A model generated the notes under the pieces. That model worked only from the letters and a program-made list of their open reading frames with translations, was not told the origin of the DNA and ran no database searches. From positions 2,816,001-2,880,000 of the forward strand of contig OZ244042.1 in assembly GCA_965215015.1 (NCBI GenBank): DNA of 64,000 nucleotides. Direction: 5' to 3'. Made by a program: the position numbers and the translations under genes. Positions within the stretch are counted from its first letter, which is position 1, and every line of letters begins with the position of its first letter. Shown one piece after another: positions 28,301 to 37,193 of this stretch. This stretch comes from Candidatus Poribacteria bacterium. Its GTDB lineage: Bacteria; Poribacteria; WGA-4E; PCPOR2b.

Positions 28301-31300
28301 GAACGGCAAACCGAAACGCATCAACCCCTGTCGTGGCTGAAGCTACCGCGCGCCCTGCCTCGGTCGCACCGTAGGTAATCGTTATCCCATCGGCTTCTTT
28401 GTCAAGCGAGAAGATAGGCACGGTCACAGAGAATTTATCATCGTCCGTGACGCTGCCAAGCCCCACGCCATCCACCTCAGTATACCCCGGTAGACTGACC
28501 TCTTCCACCTGCGGTTGACTCCAGCTCGACGGGACGGTGAATTTCAGCTCCCCATCTTCAATCGTCTGACTCGGTTTGTAGGTAAACACCAATACCACAT
28601 CGTCGGACGCCGCACGGACCGAGGCGGTATCCAATGTAACCGTTCCTGTCCCGTCCAACGCGCTGGTCACTTTGATTTGTAAGACACCGGGGGCATCTTC
28701 ATAAATCCACTGCGTCTTGTCCGGGTTTCTTATCTTCTCCCGGCCGGTGTGTTCCAAGTCGCTGGTAAGGAAGTCGAAAACGCCGTCGCCATCCCCATCG
28801 GATTTAATCACGAACTGGGCGGTGCCAACATTGTCCTGAACCTCCGCACCGACGTCAGAATCAGAACCGGTGCCACCCCCGTAGATAAATCGGAAACTCC
28901 CCCCTTCGGCAAGCGTATCGATGGTTGCTATCGCGTGGCGATCGTTTATATCATCAGGAAGCAAGGAGACCCCTGCCCCTCTGACCGTCACATAATTCCG
29001 CTTGGTCGGATCCTCCTGCAGTGCCCCCCAACCGTCTGGAATTTCAAGGGTCACGGCACCGCCATCCATCGTGCCGGCTGCGGTGAACACCACCTCAATC
29101 GCCTGATTGCTACTCCCTGCCTCAATCGACCCCGGCGACAGCCGTGCTGTCCCCGTACCGTCTTCGACGTTGCTCAGCGTGACGGTGGCGGTCCCAGCGG
29201 TCCGGGTGCTGGCACCCGATGACGTTCTAAAGGTGCCGGACACTTCGACCGTACCGGCGACATGATGTAAGACTGCTTTACTATCAGCCTCAGCACCATA
29301 CGTAATCGTGACGGACTCCCCGACATCAAGCCGCCCGATTGCAACGGTGATGGTGCGCCCGGAGACGGTTATCTGATCCGCACCAATACCCCCGGCACCC
29401 CCGCTCTTTTTCGCATCGCCGGAGACGGACACCTCACCGGCGGTTGCGTCTGCCTTGGTCGGTGGACTGCCCAAAGTGGCCGGGATAGTCAACCGCACCT
29501 CACCGTCCCGTATGGGGGTCGAATCTGCTATAAACTTGAAATTGATAGTCGCTTTACTTCCGGCGCGGAAGGTGTCGGTGCCGTCGACTTCAAATCGAAC
29601 TGCATCGCCTGAGGTCTTCACAACCGAGAGGATGGGTTCCTCATTAATATCGGTGGTGGTAGGATCGTCTGTAAGTTCCTTAGCAGCATCCGCACCAATC
29701 GCCATCGTCACACCCCATTTATACTCGTCGGCTTCTGCGAGGATATTGACCCTACGGATTCTGGCGGTCACAGTTTTCCCTTTTTCAAGGTCGAGACTTG
29801 ACCACTCAAGGGTATCCCCGTCGTTTACCACTAACCCCTCAGAACCCGAAACATACCCGTAGTCCGTCGAGGTGTCGGTTTGGAGTTTCTGGGTATCATC
29901 GAGAACAATACCCTCCGGCTTAATCGTTAGCGTGGCATCCTCAAGATCGGTGTAGGCGGTATAGGTCAGGGCAATATCTCTCCGTTGAGAACCCGCCTCC
30001 ACAGACGCTGGCTCCAAGACCAACTTACCAGAACCCGCCACATCAACCCACTCCCCACCAGTGACTGCTACATCGGCAGGCATAGAAGAACCGACAGTGG
30101 TCTTCGCGGTGATACTCGGGGCGATAAAATCATCACCGGTACCCGTCCCGATACCAATCCCGTCCTCACGAGTATACGAAACAATAACTTGCTGACCCCT
30201 ATTAAGCGTCATAATGAGGATATGTAGCTTCGCGGGTTCCATGGCCGTACCGGGCGTAAAAACCCAACTAAGTGCGGCTGGCGCACCTGCGACTTTCCTA
30301 CCCGCCAGTTTCACCTTCCTCCCTAAAAAATCCTCACCCAAAAAATCCTCACCCACGAGGGCGTTCCGTGGACCTAAATGTGCCATATCTACGCCTGCGG
30401 GGCCAAATGATATATCTAGGGAACTGGAACTCCCGTATTGCCGTATTTCGGGGATGTATTTCGGGGAACTCCCGTATATCGGCCCAGGGGCCGTGAAGGT
30501 GAGAGTGAATTCGGTATCTGTCTCACCCGGAAATACCCGCCCCGGTTCAATTGTCAGCTTTCTTTCGAGAGGGTCACGGTCGGTACCCCCTCCTATGATA
30601 TTGCCAACCCTGACAACCGGATAACTGGATGGGGGTAACAGGCCAAGCACATCATTCCGGGTACTCTCACTACATAGGAATTCATCGGTAGCATACGCAA
30701 TATCATCATCGGCATCATCAGTAGTACCCCGGTTGTCCGTATTAGGCAGATGAGAAGGAATCGGAGCCGTTACATCACCCAATTGGATGATGAGGGCTCT
30801 ATTACCCCGCTGGGGCCCCCACGCTGAATCGAGAGCGACGGTTATCCGCTTGGCCGCTTCAAAGTCCACCCTATCCGTGGCAGTACCTGAGACGGTGCCA
30901 TCCTTATCCGTTTTGTATATTTCTGTGTCACCATCCATGACCGATAGAAACTTGTTAGACACCTCCCAACCGGCTGGAAACGCTATCCGAAAGCGACCAC
31001 CAGACATGTTATCAGCTGTTGGTCTGTAGGTAAATTTCAGAACGTTCCGAAGACTGCCAGCAGCAAGCGGAAGCGTGCTTCCAGTGATATTCACATCAGT
31101 AGCATCAACAATCTCTGGAGGCTCAGCATCAGCCTCTTCTCGGAAACCCCAACCTACTTGTACTACACTTGCACTGCCCGGAACTGTTACATAAAAGTGG
31201 TCGGGACTGTCGGTGCCTGTTTGTCTGTTGGTTTCAATATTTTGGTGAACACTAAGACCAGCGGGCAAGTTATCCCCGCCATGAGTTCCATAGACGGGCG

Positions 31301-32231
31301 CATGGGTCGGGGGCTGAAATATCGTGCGTCCCGGCGGGTTGCCTCGCTCGTTGCCTCCCGGTGTTGCAGTAACAACAGTAAAGCCGTCATCCTGGTGGCG
31401 CTGCGGGAGATCGCTTACTAATAGGGAATCCGTGTTCAGCCTCCTCCAGTTATCTGCGCCTGATTCTCCTGGGGCGTTGACCTCGTACTCGAATCTATAG
31501 GTAGACTCAATGGGCTTGACAGGGAAACGTACCCTACAGGTGATTAGGTAGTTAAGTCTTACTACCGGAGCATCCGCTTTATGTGCATCAGTTCTGCGCC
31601 TGTTCATTGGAACCACAGTTTCAAAATCGTCAGCTGAGTATCTGATTGTTATCCGATTTCCTTTAACGAATACACCTGTATCACCCCAAGATCCTTCAGA
31701 CCCCTCAGTAAAACTTATCGTATGTGGCGAGCCTGGATTGCCGTAAAACACCCCGTCGTTTTCTGCATACGGGGGACCGTCGGCGTGCCACCTGGCCAGG
31801 GTGTAGGTGGTGAGATTGGAAGTGTTGTTAACTCGCCAACCATCATCTGGATCTGCAGCATCGGGTACATGTGGAGCATCAGTTATACGTGTGCTATAAG
31901 CTGTGTGGAAAGCACGCAGCCGGATGTACATCAAGTCTCTCGGGTTCACCAACTCAAGCTCGGGTGGGATGTCCAACCGAAACCCTGCCTTCTTGTCTTT
32001 GTTGTGCGTTGTATAATAAGCTTTCAGTACGTAAGTGCGGCCAGGCTGAATATCGGCGAGTGGAGTCACCTCAACGGGATCGGCGGGCAGGTCAAAGCGG
32101 AAACTCATCAGGTCCGAAAATATCACGCCCTGCGGCGCGGCCTCGTTAATAAACACCCCCCCAGTAAACATCAAACTGAGGATAAAAAACACACTTAATT
32201 TCCGAAAATTTACATTTCTTGGCTTAACCAT
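25308..32231 (-). CDS. Giant (2307 aa) exported repeat protein with C-terminal FlgD-Ig/T9SS-like sorting domain; paralog 2
   Basis: Same signal peptide and architecture as 3756-10685. The C-terminal two thirds are highly similar and the N-terminal ~350 aa are strongly diverged. Confidence 0.85.
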   Translation of the reverse strand: MVKPRNVNFRKLSVFFILSLMFTGGVFINEAAPQGVIFSDLMSFRFDLPADPVEVTPLADIQPGRTYVLKAYYTTHNKDKKAGFRLDIPPELELVNPRDLMYIRLRAFHTAYSTRITDAPHVPDAADPDDGWRVNNTSNLTTYTLARWHADGPPYAENDGVFYGNPGSPHTISFTEGSEGSWGDTGVFVKGNRITIRYSADDFETVVPMNRRRTDAHKADAPVVRLNYLITCRVRFPVKPIESTYRFEYEVNAPGESGADNWRRLNTDSLLVSDLPQRHQDDGFTVVTATPGGNERGNPPGRTIFQPPTHAPVYGTHGGDNLPAGLSVHQNIETNRQTGTDSPDHFYVTVPGSASVVQVGWGFREEADAEPPEIVDATDVNITGSTLPLAAGSLRNVLKFTYRPTADNMSGGRFRIAFPAGWEVSNKFLSVMDGDTEIYKTDKDGTVSGTATDRVDFEAAKRITVALDSAWGPQRGNRALIIQLGDVTAPIPSHLPNTDNRGTTDDADDDIAYATDEFLCSESTRNDVLGLLPPSSYPVVRVGNIIGGGTDRDPLERKLTIEPGRVFPGETDTEFTLTFTAPGPIYGSSPKYIPEIRQYGSSSSLDISFGPAGVDMAHLGPRNALVGEDFLGEDFLGRKVKLAGRKVAGAPAALSWVFTPGTAMEPAKLHILIMTLNRGQQVIVSYTREDGIGIGTGTGDDFIAPSITAKTTVGSSMPADVAVTGGEWVDVAGSGKLVLEPASVEAGSQRRDIALTYTAYTDLEDATLTIKPEGIVLDDTQKLQTDTSTDYGYVSGSEGLVVNDGDTLEWSSLDLEKGKTVTARIRRVNILAEADEYKWGVTMAIGADAAKELTDDPTTTDINEEPILSVVKTSGDAVRFEVDGTDTFRAGSKATINFKFIADSTPIRDGEVRLTIPATLGSPPTKADATAGEVSVSGDAKKSGGAGGIGADQITVSGRTITVAIGRLDVGESVTITYGAEADSKAVLHHVAGTVEVSGTFRTSSGASTRTAGTATVTLSNVEDGTGTARLSPGSIEAGSSNQAIEVVFTAAGTMDGGAVTLEIPDGWGALQEDPTKRNYVTVRGAGVSLLPDDINDRHAIATIDTLAEGGSFRFIYGGGTGSDSDVGAEVQDNVGTAQFVIKSDGDGDGVFDFLTSDLEHTGREKIRNPDKTQWIYEDAPGVLQIKVTSALDGTGTVTLDTASVRAASDDVVLVFTYKPSQTIEDGELKFTVPSSWSQPQVEEVSLPGYTEVDGVGLGSVTDDDKFSVTVPIFSLDKEADGITITYGATEAGRAVASATTGVDAFRFAVRGGEDGNLAPIRTQPTVTVNPQASGKGKAVIAVTDGEGSLHTGDTGRELTVTYTAAGQMVGGKVRLEVPAGWSAPTADTVEITPAIAPTFSGQMAIVEGVNLSANGTVTFVYTGDVQPNVGTGVAFAVGVHGGDAADDFDDVSGDETMLTVDVDEARRGAGSGEVAPRIVDAGATGVNLTFTYTAVGLVNAPREFRVQVPPGWTTPSSAAMDPENKGTYTVVHRQMGVATTVSVEKLTPVGRDMVARVKLGGLEVEAGDEIIFTYQNADAPANREVSEFVMLFDGQRVDSNVSVRVQDSTPSQLTLSSAGTVSADEGAMPLGITVGLRDADGHEVAMASDVSVTLTSSSAGTFSELAEGTGTESITVTVAGGEVSAMVYYQDSTPGIATITATAPGLTMASQPVTVTTSVIAITEGSVTIEPALAMAGETVTVSAMGTAGRTVMFSVGSIVTDHSMTEVASGTYSGSFTVVADQHADGMYDVSVSLNGQSVMVSNALTLDSTMPTVMAMASPETVADGEPVEISATVSDASSIISVTADVSTLDTTQTDGVALTMGADGSYSASVVVSEANTAINGSKTITVTAIDAAGNSGSGTAMVTLDNMLSYTSTIPAGTSLFHVPLAVEGLNTVGDLREMLGSGANLLIVYDRATDLWNSRSDDVPITADLGILVSMSAEATVTFTGYAWDDGASTINLTAGSNLIGLPVNDARLTNVSDIAALFATGVVASVVVSTADGYKSVAAAGDVNDGPVMGDAAYLVTATTDATAALIGTGWSNDTAAAAPIALVSHQVAGQTPVLDVNGSVVDESTGVAQDGFRVKVKNLSTKAALNRVTSAETATGYNMTFVDLKIGHAAQVGDVLEISADSPSPLIGVQPVRHIVTVDDVKATRIELADLIAYEIPSETELLRNYPNPFNPETWIPYRLASDADVVLTIYDTAGQVVRTLDMGHQTAAVYESRAKAIYWDGRNRFGEQVASGIYFYSLSAGDFSATRKMLILK

Positions 32232-32465
32232 AATAAAATCCTTTCGTGGGAAAATTTAATTTCAGATTAACTCAATAACAATAGATCCTTTTCACGTCTT
32301 ACAACCCCTACTGCAAAAGATAACGTTCTGCCTATTGGCCCTCTTGTCATTCATTAGGTCAATTATGCACCAAAACGTTGTTGAAAACAGAAAAGGCTAA
32401 TGGTGAAATAAAAGGTTTTGAATACACAGTTCTATAATACAATCGATCGAAAGATTTGTCGATCG
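32232..32465 (-). promoter_or_regulatory. Conserved leader and promoter of giant gene 2 (TCGACA-N17-TATTAT at 32462-32434)
   Basis: Near-identical to 10686-10937 except that it lacks a 17-nt duplication. Confidence 0.75.
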
Positions 32466-32581
32466 AAATCGAAAGCAATTTTTGGCTTGACAAGAAAATC
32501 GTTTTCCTGTATTTTCTAAACTAGCACTCAAGATTTTAAGGGGCCTTACACGATAGAAAAAAGCATCTGGAGGTATACAGC

Positions 32582-33460
32582 ATGGTATTTGGTACAGGTA
32601 AATATAGATACACAGTCGCAGAAAATTGGGACAAAACGCCCGACGGTTGGAAGTGGGGCTGGATTCCGGCAGTGGCAACCGATTCACAAGATCGGGTCTT
32701 TGTTTACTCTCGTAGTGAAAATCCACTGGCGGTTTTCGATCGGGACGGTAATTTCTTGGAGACATGGGGCAGCGGCATTCTCCCTCCCGAAGCGGCGCAC
32801 GGCCTCTACATCGATGCTGAAGACAATGTGTATTGCACTGACAATAGCAACCACTGTGTCTTCAAATTCAATCGAAATGGGGAACTCACGATGACATTGG
32901 GCACGCCCGGCGAAGCTGCCCCGGCGGATGGTGATCCCTTCAATTCTCCGACCGATCTGGCAATTGCCTCCACCGGCGAGTTGTTCATCTCAGATGGCTA
33001 CGGCAATGCACGCGTCCACAAGTATTCGCCCAATGGCGAACTGCTGCTGTCGTGGGGTGAGCGCGGCACTGGACCTGGGCAATTTGCTTTGTCACATTGC
33101 GTCCGCATAGACAGAGAGGATCGGGTCTGGATCTGCGACCGTTCAAATAACCGCCTCCAAATTTTCGATACAGATGGAAATTACTTGACCGAATGGACTG
33201 ATGTCCCACAACCTAACACAATTTACTTTGATCCCAACGATGAGGTGGTTTATGTCGCTGGATTAGATCATGAGTTCCTCATCTATACGTTAGAGGGCGA
33301 ACTAATGACCCGATGGGGCGGTGCAGAATCGAGTGAAGTACCGGGCGAGTTTCTCGGTGGTGCTCACGGTCTCTGGATGGATTCGTACGGCGACCTCTAC
33401 ATGGGTGAAGTGATGTTGGGAGAGCACGCTCGGATGCAAAAGTTCATCCGTCAAACCTAA
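32582..33460 (+). CDS. NHL-repeat beta-propeller protein (peptidylglycine alpha-amidating lyase-like)
   Basis: FNSPTDLAIASTGELFISDGYGNARVHKY, GPGQFALSHCV, DRSNNRLQIFD. Confidence 0.85.
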   Translation: MVFGTGKYRYTVAENWDKTPDGWKWGWIPAVATDSQDRVFVYSRSENPLAVFDRDGNFLETWGSGILPPEAAHGLYIDAEDNVYCTDNSNHCVFKFNRNGELTMTLGTPGEAAPADGDPFNSPTDLAIASTGELFISDGYGNARVHKYSPNGELLLSWGERGTGPGQFALSHCVRIDREDRVWICDRSNNRLQIFDTDGNYLTEWTDVPQPNTIYFDPNDEVVYVAGLDHEFLIYTLEGELMTRWGGAESSEVPGEFLGGAHGLWMDSYGDLYMGEVMLGEHARMQKFIRQT

Positions 33461-33511
33461 AAGGTAACGAGCAATTGTTTGAGCATAGGCGGAATCGAGG
33501 GAGAAACGGCT

Positions 33512-34549
33512 ATGAATACAATGAAGGCAGCGATTTATACTGGCATCGAACAGATAGACCTCCAAGAAGTTGAGAAAAAGCCGCCTGAACCGGGGTATGT
33601 TACGATCGACACCAGGTGTACAGGCATCTGCGGTAGTGATCTCCATAGCTATTTTGGTCACTGGGGTCAATCCAATACCCTCGCTGCAGGTCACGAAACG
33701 TGCGGGATAGTTGTTGAACTTGGGGAAGGTGTTACGACACTCCAACCGGGCGATAAGGTCACTATCGAATGTTTCTCACACTGTAGGAATTGTGTCTACT
33801 GTCGGAAAGGCTACTATAACCACTGTCTGGAACGCCAATGGGTCTCGCACAACACACACGGTGGCTTTTCGGAGTATACTACCGCTCACGCTTCGGGCCT
33901 TTTCAAGCTGTCGGAGAGCATGAGTTTTGAGGAAGGGGCCTTGGTGGAGCCGCTCGCAGTCTCTTACCGTGCTGTCGGACAGGCGCGGGCGACCTATCAA
34001 GATCGCGTCGCAGTTATAGGTGGAGGAACAATCGGACAATACACCTTGGCAGCGGCGGTAGCAGCGGGTGTCAAAGAGACACTCATCACGGTCAAGTATG
34101 ATCAGCAAGCTGAACTTGCAAAGAAACTGGGGGCTGACCATGTGGTGCACATCGGCGAAACCGATCCCACGGAGTATGTGAAGGACATCACCGGTGGGCG
34201 TGGGATGGACGCTGTGATTGAAACCGTTGGTGGTGGGCACAACTTCGACGATGCAATGGCTATGGTCAGAAGCCGTGGGGTCGTTGTCCTTGTCGCAGGA
34301 TATTACGAACCGCTAAAGGTGAACTTGGGACGGATCGTTGGATCGGAGGCGGTTGTTACCGGCTCCAACTGTTACGGTTACACCGGCATGGACACCGACT
34401 TTGAGGCTGCCATCGAACTTATCGCGTCGGGTAGGGTTGATGCGACAGCACTGGTGACCCATCGGTTCCCACTGACGGAGGTTACTGAAGCTTTTAAGAT
34501 TTCTGCCGATAAGCGTTCCGGGGCAATTAAAGTGCACCTGTGCCAGTAA
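33512..34549 (+). CDS. Zn-dependent alcohol dehydrogenase (MDR family)
   Basis: GICGSDLH, GHE, CxxCxxCx7C, EPL, GGGTIG. Confidence 0.92.
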   Translation: MNTMKAAIYTGIEQIDLQEVEKKPPEPGYVTIDTRCTGICGSDLHSYFGHWGQSNTLAAGHETCGIVVELGEGVTTLQPGDKVTIECFSHCRNCVYCRKGYYNHCLERQWVSHNTHGGFSEYTTAHASGLFKLSESMSFEEGALVEPLAVSYRAVGQARATYQDRVAVIGGGTIGQYTLAAAVAAGVKETLITVKYDQQAELAKKLGADHVVHIGETDPTEYVKDITGGRGMDAVIETVGGGHNFDDAMAMVRSRGVVVLVAGYYEPLKVNLGRIVGSEAVVTGSNCYGYTGMDTDFEAAIELIASGRVDATALVTHRFPLTEVTEAFKISADKRSGAIKVHLCQ

Positions 34550-34648
34550 CGTGAAACGTGATTGGTTGATTGGCATTGGGTTTCCCTATCGTTTAACCCA
34601 ACCTACAGCACTCTGAGATTTCACGCATCAGTAAAGGAAACTCCAATA

Positions 34649-35494
34649 ATGCTTATCGAGCTCCTCCCGACGACAGTCCGTATGTCAGCACCATTGGCTT
34701 TGGCGGCACTCGGTGGTGTCTACTCGGAACGGTCTGGCGTGGTGAACATCGGACTCGAAGGCATGATGCTTATGGGCGCATTTGGCTATGTGATTGGGAC
34801 ACATGCGTCTGCTTCCCCGTGGATCGGATTAGTCATTGGCATCGGTCTCGGCGGCGGGATGGGGCTGCTCCACGCGCTCGCATCTATTACTTTCCGGGCG
34901 GACCAAATTGTCAGCGGGGTATCAATCAACTTGCTGGCAATTGGTATTACAGAATTTCTCGGACGCAGTGGGACCTCTCGGCGGGTGGAGGGCTTGAACC
35001 ATTGGGATTTGCCACTAATCGGATCGTATTCGTTCGTTGTATATCTGATACCTATCCTTGTGATTATCAGTCAGATTATCCTGTTCAGAACAGTGTTGGG
35101 GCTCCGCTTATGTGCAGCAGGTGAATCCACCGAAGTGCTGGATGCCCTTGGACTCAGTCGGTCAAGACAGCAATATCTCGGCGTACTGATCAGTGGTCTC
35201 CTCGCTGCGACCGGCGGGTGTCTTTTGGCGTCCGAAGCCCACTATTTCACCAAGGGAATGACTGCCGGGCGTGGATATGTCGCATTGGCAGCGGTCATTT
35301 TTGGCAAGTGGAAACCCCTCGGATCGGGTGCCGCCTGCCTGCTGTTCGGATTCGCGAGTGCTTTGGAACTAGCCAATCGCTGGCACATCCCCCCCCAGTT
35401 ACTCAACAGTCTTCCCTATCTACTCACCATGATTGTACTTGTGGGCGTAATCGGTAAAGCGAATCTACCAGCGAGTTTGGGCAAACACCATTGA
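34649..35494 (+). CDS. Nucleoside/sugar ABC transporter permease (no partner genes adjacent)
   Basis: SERSGVVNIGLEGMML, DQIVSG, GRGYVALAAVIFGKWKP, LPYLLT. Confidence 0.88.
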   Translation: MLIELLPTTVRMSAPLALAALGGVYSERSGVVNIGLEGMMLMGAFGYVIGTHASASPWIGLVIGIGLGGGMGLLHALASITFRADQIVSGVSINLLAIGITEFLGRSGTSRRVEGLNHWDLPLIGSYSFVVYLIPILVIISQIILFRTVLGLRLCAAGESTEVLDALGLSRSRQQYLGVLISGLLAATGGCLLASEAHYFTKGMTAGRGYVALAAVIFGKWKPLGSGAACLLFGFASALELANRWHIPPQLLNSLPYLLTMIVLVGVIGKANLPASLGKHH

Positions 35495-35627
35495 CCGTGG
35501 TACGGAACACACGGGCCTATTGTTTTTCCCGCCAGTCCATCTTTGCTAGAGCGTATGAATTCAAATATTTAAAATGTTTACGGGCAATTCGCTAATAATG
35601 TTTACCCGATAGGGGCTTTAGCTCGTA

Positions 35628-35967
35628 AAGCCCAAGCATTTATGCTTGGGATATAAGCAAGATTGTTAGGCAATGCCTAACAACCGGCTTTCGCTTTTTT
35701 TTAGATCGCCTGTGAAATGGGGTATACTTGTCTTGTCTTTCGTGGGAGATTTTCACCCCTATCGCACGATAGGATCTCCCACACCCTCGTGAAATAGGTA
35801 AGAAGGATAGAAGGACTCTCCGATGAAAACCTACAAGTTCAAGACGTATAGCCATCACGGCAACCGTGAATTGCAAAAAACGATTGAGACACACGCTGAC
35901 GTCTGGAATTCTAAGTCTAAAAGAATTAAGTAAGAATCCCAAGCCTTTAGGCTGGGAAGTATGTCAA
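35628..35967 (+). mobile_element. Internally deleted IS200/IS605 (tnpB) element
   Basis: Left hairpin aagcccaagcatttatgcttggg. TnpB-like N-terminus MKTYKFKTYSHHGNRELQKTIETHADVWN at 35823 is joined almost directly to the right end agaatcccaagcctttaggctgggaagtatgtcaa. Confidence 0.75.
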
Positions 35968-36175
35968 AAATACGGTCCAGGTTATGCAGCTTGGAACGGT
36001 AAATATCCTGACATGAGCTGGTATGGTGAGTTGACAGAAAGGCAAAACCGGATGCTGCAACCTCCACCGATTCGTGGCCATCTCGATGTCGTGAATGGGT
36101 GATGTTTAAGGACAAACAATCGTCAAACGTCCAAAAGTTGTTGAATCCGATCAAACAAAAAGGAAAGACAAACAT

Positions 36176-36994
36176 ATGAGTTCGCTGAAGAAAGTGCTGG
36201 TCACAGGTGCAACTGGGCAGATTGGCTACATGATATACAAGCGACTTCTTAAACAACCGGACAAATACGAGGCCTATGCCCTCGACTGCAAACGCGCGCC
36301 ATCTGTGCGAGTTCCCAAATCATGGACGCTCGAGATTCCCGACGATAAATTCCAGTTGTGCGACATCTCTAATTTTGATCAGGTCCGACAGGCTGTTGAA
36401 GGCATTGACATCGTTGTGCATCTCGCCGCCGATCCGGGCAGCGGAGACTGGGGGAGTCTACTGAACAATAACATCATCGGGACTTATAACGTCTTTGAAG
36501 CGTGCCGGGAGGCCGGGGTTCGGCAAATCGTCGCCGCCAGCAGTATTATGGTCTCCCAGGGACATCGTGAGAGCGAACCGTACAGGGCGATGATGGAACG
36601 GCGACACGCCGACATACCCGACGATGTTCAAATGATCACTCCAGACACACCCGCAGAGCCGAGAAGTTTGTATGGTTCGACCAAAGTTTGGACAGAGTCT
36701 TTGGCACGGACCTACGCACATCAGCATGAAATGTCGTGTATCTGCGTCCGTATCGGTCAAGTCGAACGCGACCGTCCCCGTCCACCGCAGGGCGCAGACA
36801 TCTACGTGAGCCAGCGGGACGTTGGCCAGATTATCGAGCGGTGTATCAATGCGGATGATAGCTTACGATTTGAGATTTTCTACGGTATGTCAAACAACGA
36901 TTTACGTTGGGTAGACATTGAAAACGCTCGTCGAAAGGTGGGATATGTGCCGCAAGACCGGGCAGAGGATAACCACGACTACGATGAGGATTAG
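36176..36994 (+). CDS. NAD-dependent epimerase/dehydrogenase (uronate dehydrogenase-like)
   Basis: VLVTGATGQIG, VVHLAA, YGSTK, CVRIG; paralog of 57790-58548. Confidence 0.85.
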   Translation: MSSLKKVLVTGATGQIGYMIYKRLLKQPDKYEAYALDCKRAPSVRVPKSWTLEIPDDKFQLCDISNFDQVRQAVEGIDIVVHLAADPGSGDWGSLLNNNIIGTYNVFEACREAGVRQIVAASSIMVSQGHRESEPYRAMMERRHADIPDDVQMITPDTPAEPRSLYGSTKVWTESLARTYAHQHEMSCICVRIGQVERDRPRPPQGADIYVSQRDVGQIIERCINADDSLRFEIFYGMSNNDLRWVDIENARRKVGYVPQDRAEDNHDYDED

Positions 36995-37024
36995 AAACGG
37001 TAGCATTACGTGAAGGATAATAAT

Positions 37025-37191
37025 ATGGACGCCCAAAAAGTCAGAATCGGAATCGTGGGCTGGCACGGCTTGCAACGCAGATGGCCTATTCCTTGCTGAC
37101 CTATATCAAAAACGAGGCGCGGATTTCCGAAGTCGAGTATCATGAGCTGACCCCACACTGCATCACCCGCATAAAATTTGTTGATGGCTGA
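37025..37191 (+). pseudogene. Chimeric remnant: Gfo/Idh/MocA start fused to an unrelated 3' fragment
   Basis: RBS plus MDAQKVRIGIVG, then an abrupt loss of similarity; another frame gives ARLATQMAYSLLTYIK...CITRIKFVDG*. Confidence 0.5.
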
Positions 37192-37193
37192 CT

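Noticed and set aside
3756-32231. Diversity-generating retroelement acting on the giant genes
   Set aside because: No reverse transcriptase or template repeat in the window; differences involve all bases and indels, and the variation is N-terminal.
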